In this document: in pieces, positions 50,575 through 50,822 of the stretch
Layout: the number at the start of each line of letters is the position of its first letter
How positions within the stretch are numbered: the first letter of the stretch is position 1
Assembly (NCBI RefSeq): GCF_001194135.2
Contig: NC_068998.1
Coordinates: 44,083,616-44,134,437 of the forward strand
From: Octopus bimaculoides
Lineage: Eukaryota
Direction: 5' to 3'
Length of the DNA stretch: 50,822 bases
The notes under the pieces: model-generated
Databases searched by the model: none
The model's input: only the letters and a program-made list of their open reading frames with translations
Told to the model about the DNA's origin: nothing
Position numbers and translations under genes: made by a program

Positions 50575-50710
50575 AATATCTTATTTTACAACAGAAAATG
50601 GATAAAAGGCAAAATTTCCTTCAGCAGCATTTGAACTCAGAAGATAAAGAACTGTAAGAAATGTCTCTAAGCATTTCGGTAGATACATTGATTCTGTCAA
50701 CTGGCATAAG
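50575..50710 (-). mobile_element. SINE family A, 5' half, diverged
   Basis: gaaaatggataaaaggcaaa...catttgaactcagaag...attctgtcaactggc. Confidence 0.55.
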
Positions 50711-50822
50711 AATAATCATAATAATCATAACAAGAGCTCTTGGAGAGTGCAAACCTCTGCCAAGGCGACACCAATGACTGAAACAAGTAAACAAGTAAAA
50801 GATAAATGATAAAAGATGTGTA

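Overview
AT-rich, repeat-dense animal genomic DNA, most likely one long intron or an intergenic stretch. It contains 13 N-gaps (about 3.6 kb), most abutting (TA)n or (TG)n tracts. I recognise the repeat families from memory as octopus (coleoid cephalopod); this is not verified by a search. No protein-coding gene can be supported: the long ORFs in the track are microsatellite or N-gap read-throughs, or LINE/transposase relics. The window holds tRNA-headed SINEs of at least four families, RTE and CR1 LINE 3' fragments, and Mariner-, hAT- and piggyBac-type MITEs. It also has four fold-back palindromes, two tandem arrays and many microsatellites. The most notable observations are: (i) a minimal hammerhead-ribozyme fold inside a Penelope-like inverted repeat (174-220, minus strand), with a decayed relative near 10.0 kb; (ii) a strong 3' splice site fused to a perfect 5' splice site (CAG|GTAAGT, 9206-9214), followed 30 nt later by a second GTAAGT, which is the architecture of a recursive-splicing exon or microexon; (iii) a minisatellite with higher-order structure at 18.1-18.5 kb; (iv) many potential long dsRNA (ADAR) substrates. 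I found no convincing new multi-gene system. Repeat boundaries are approximate unless a TSD or TIR is given.
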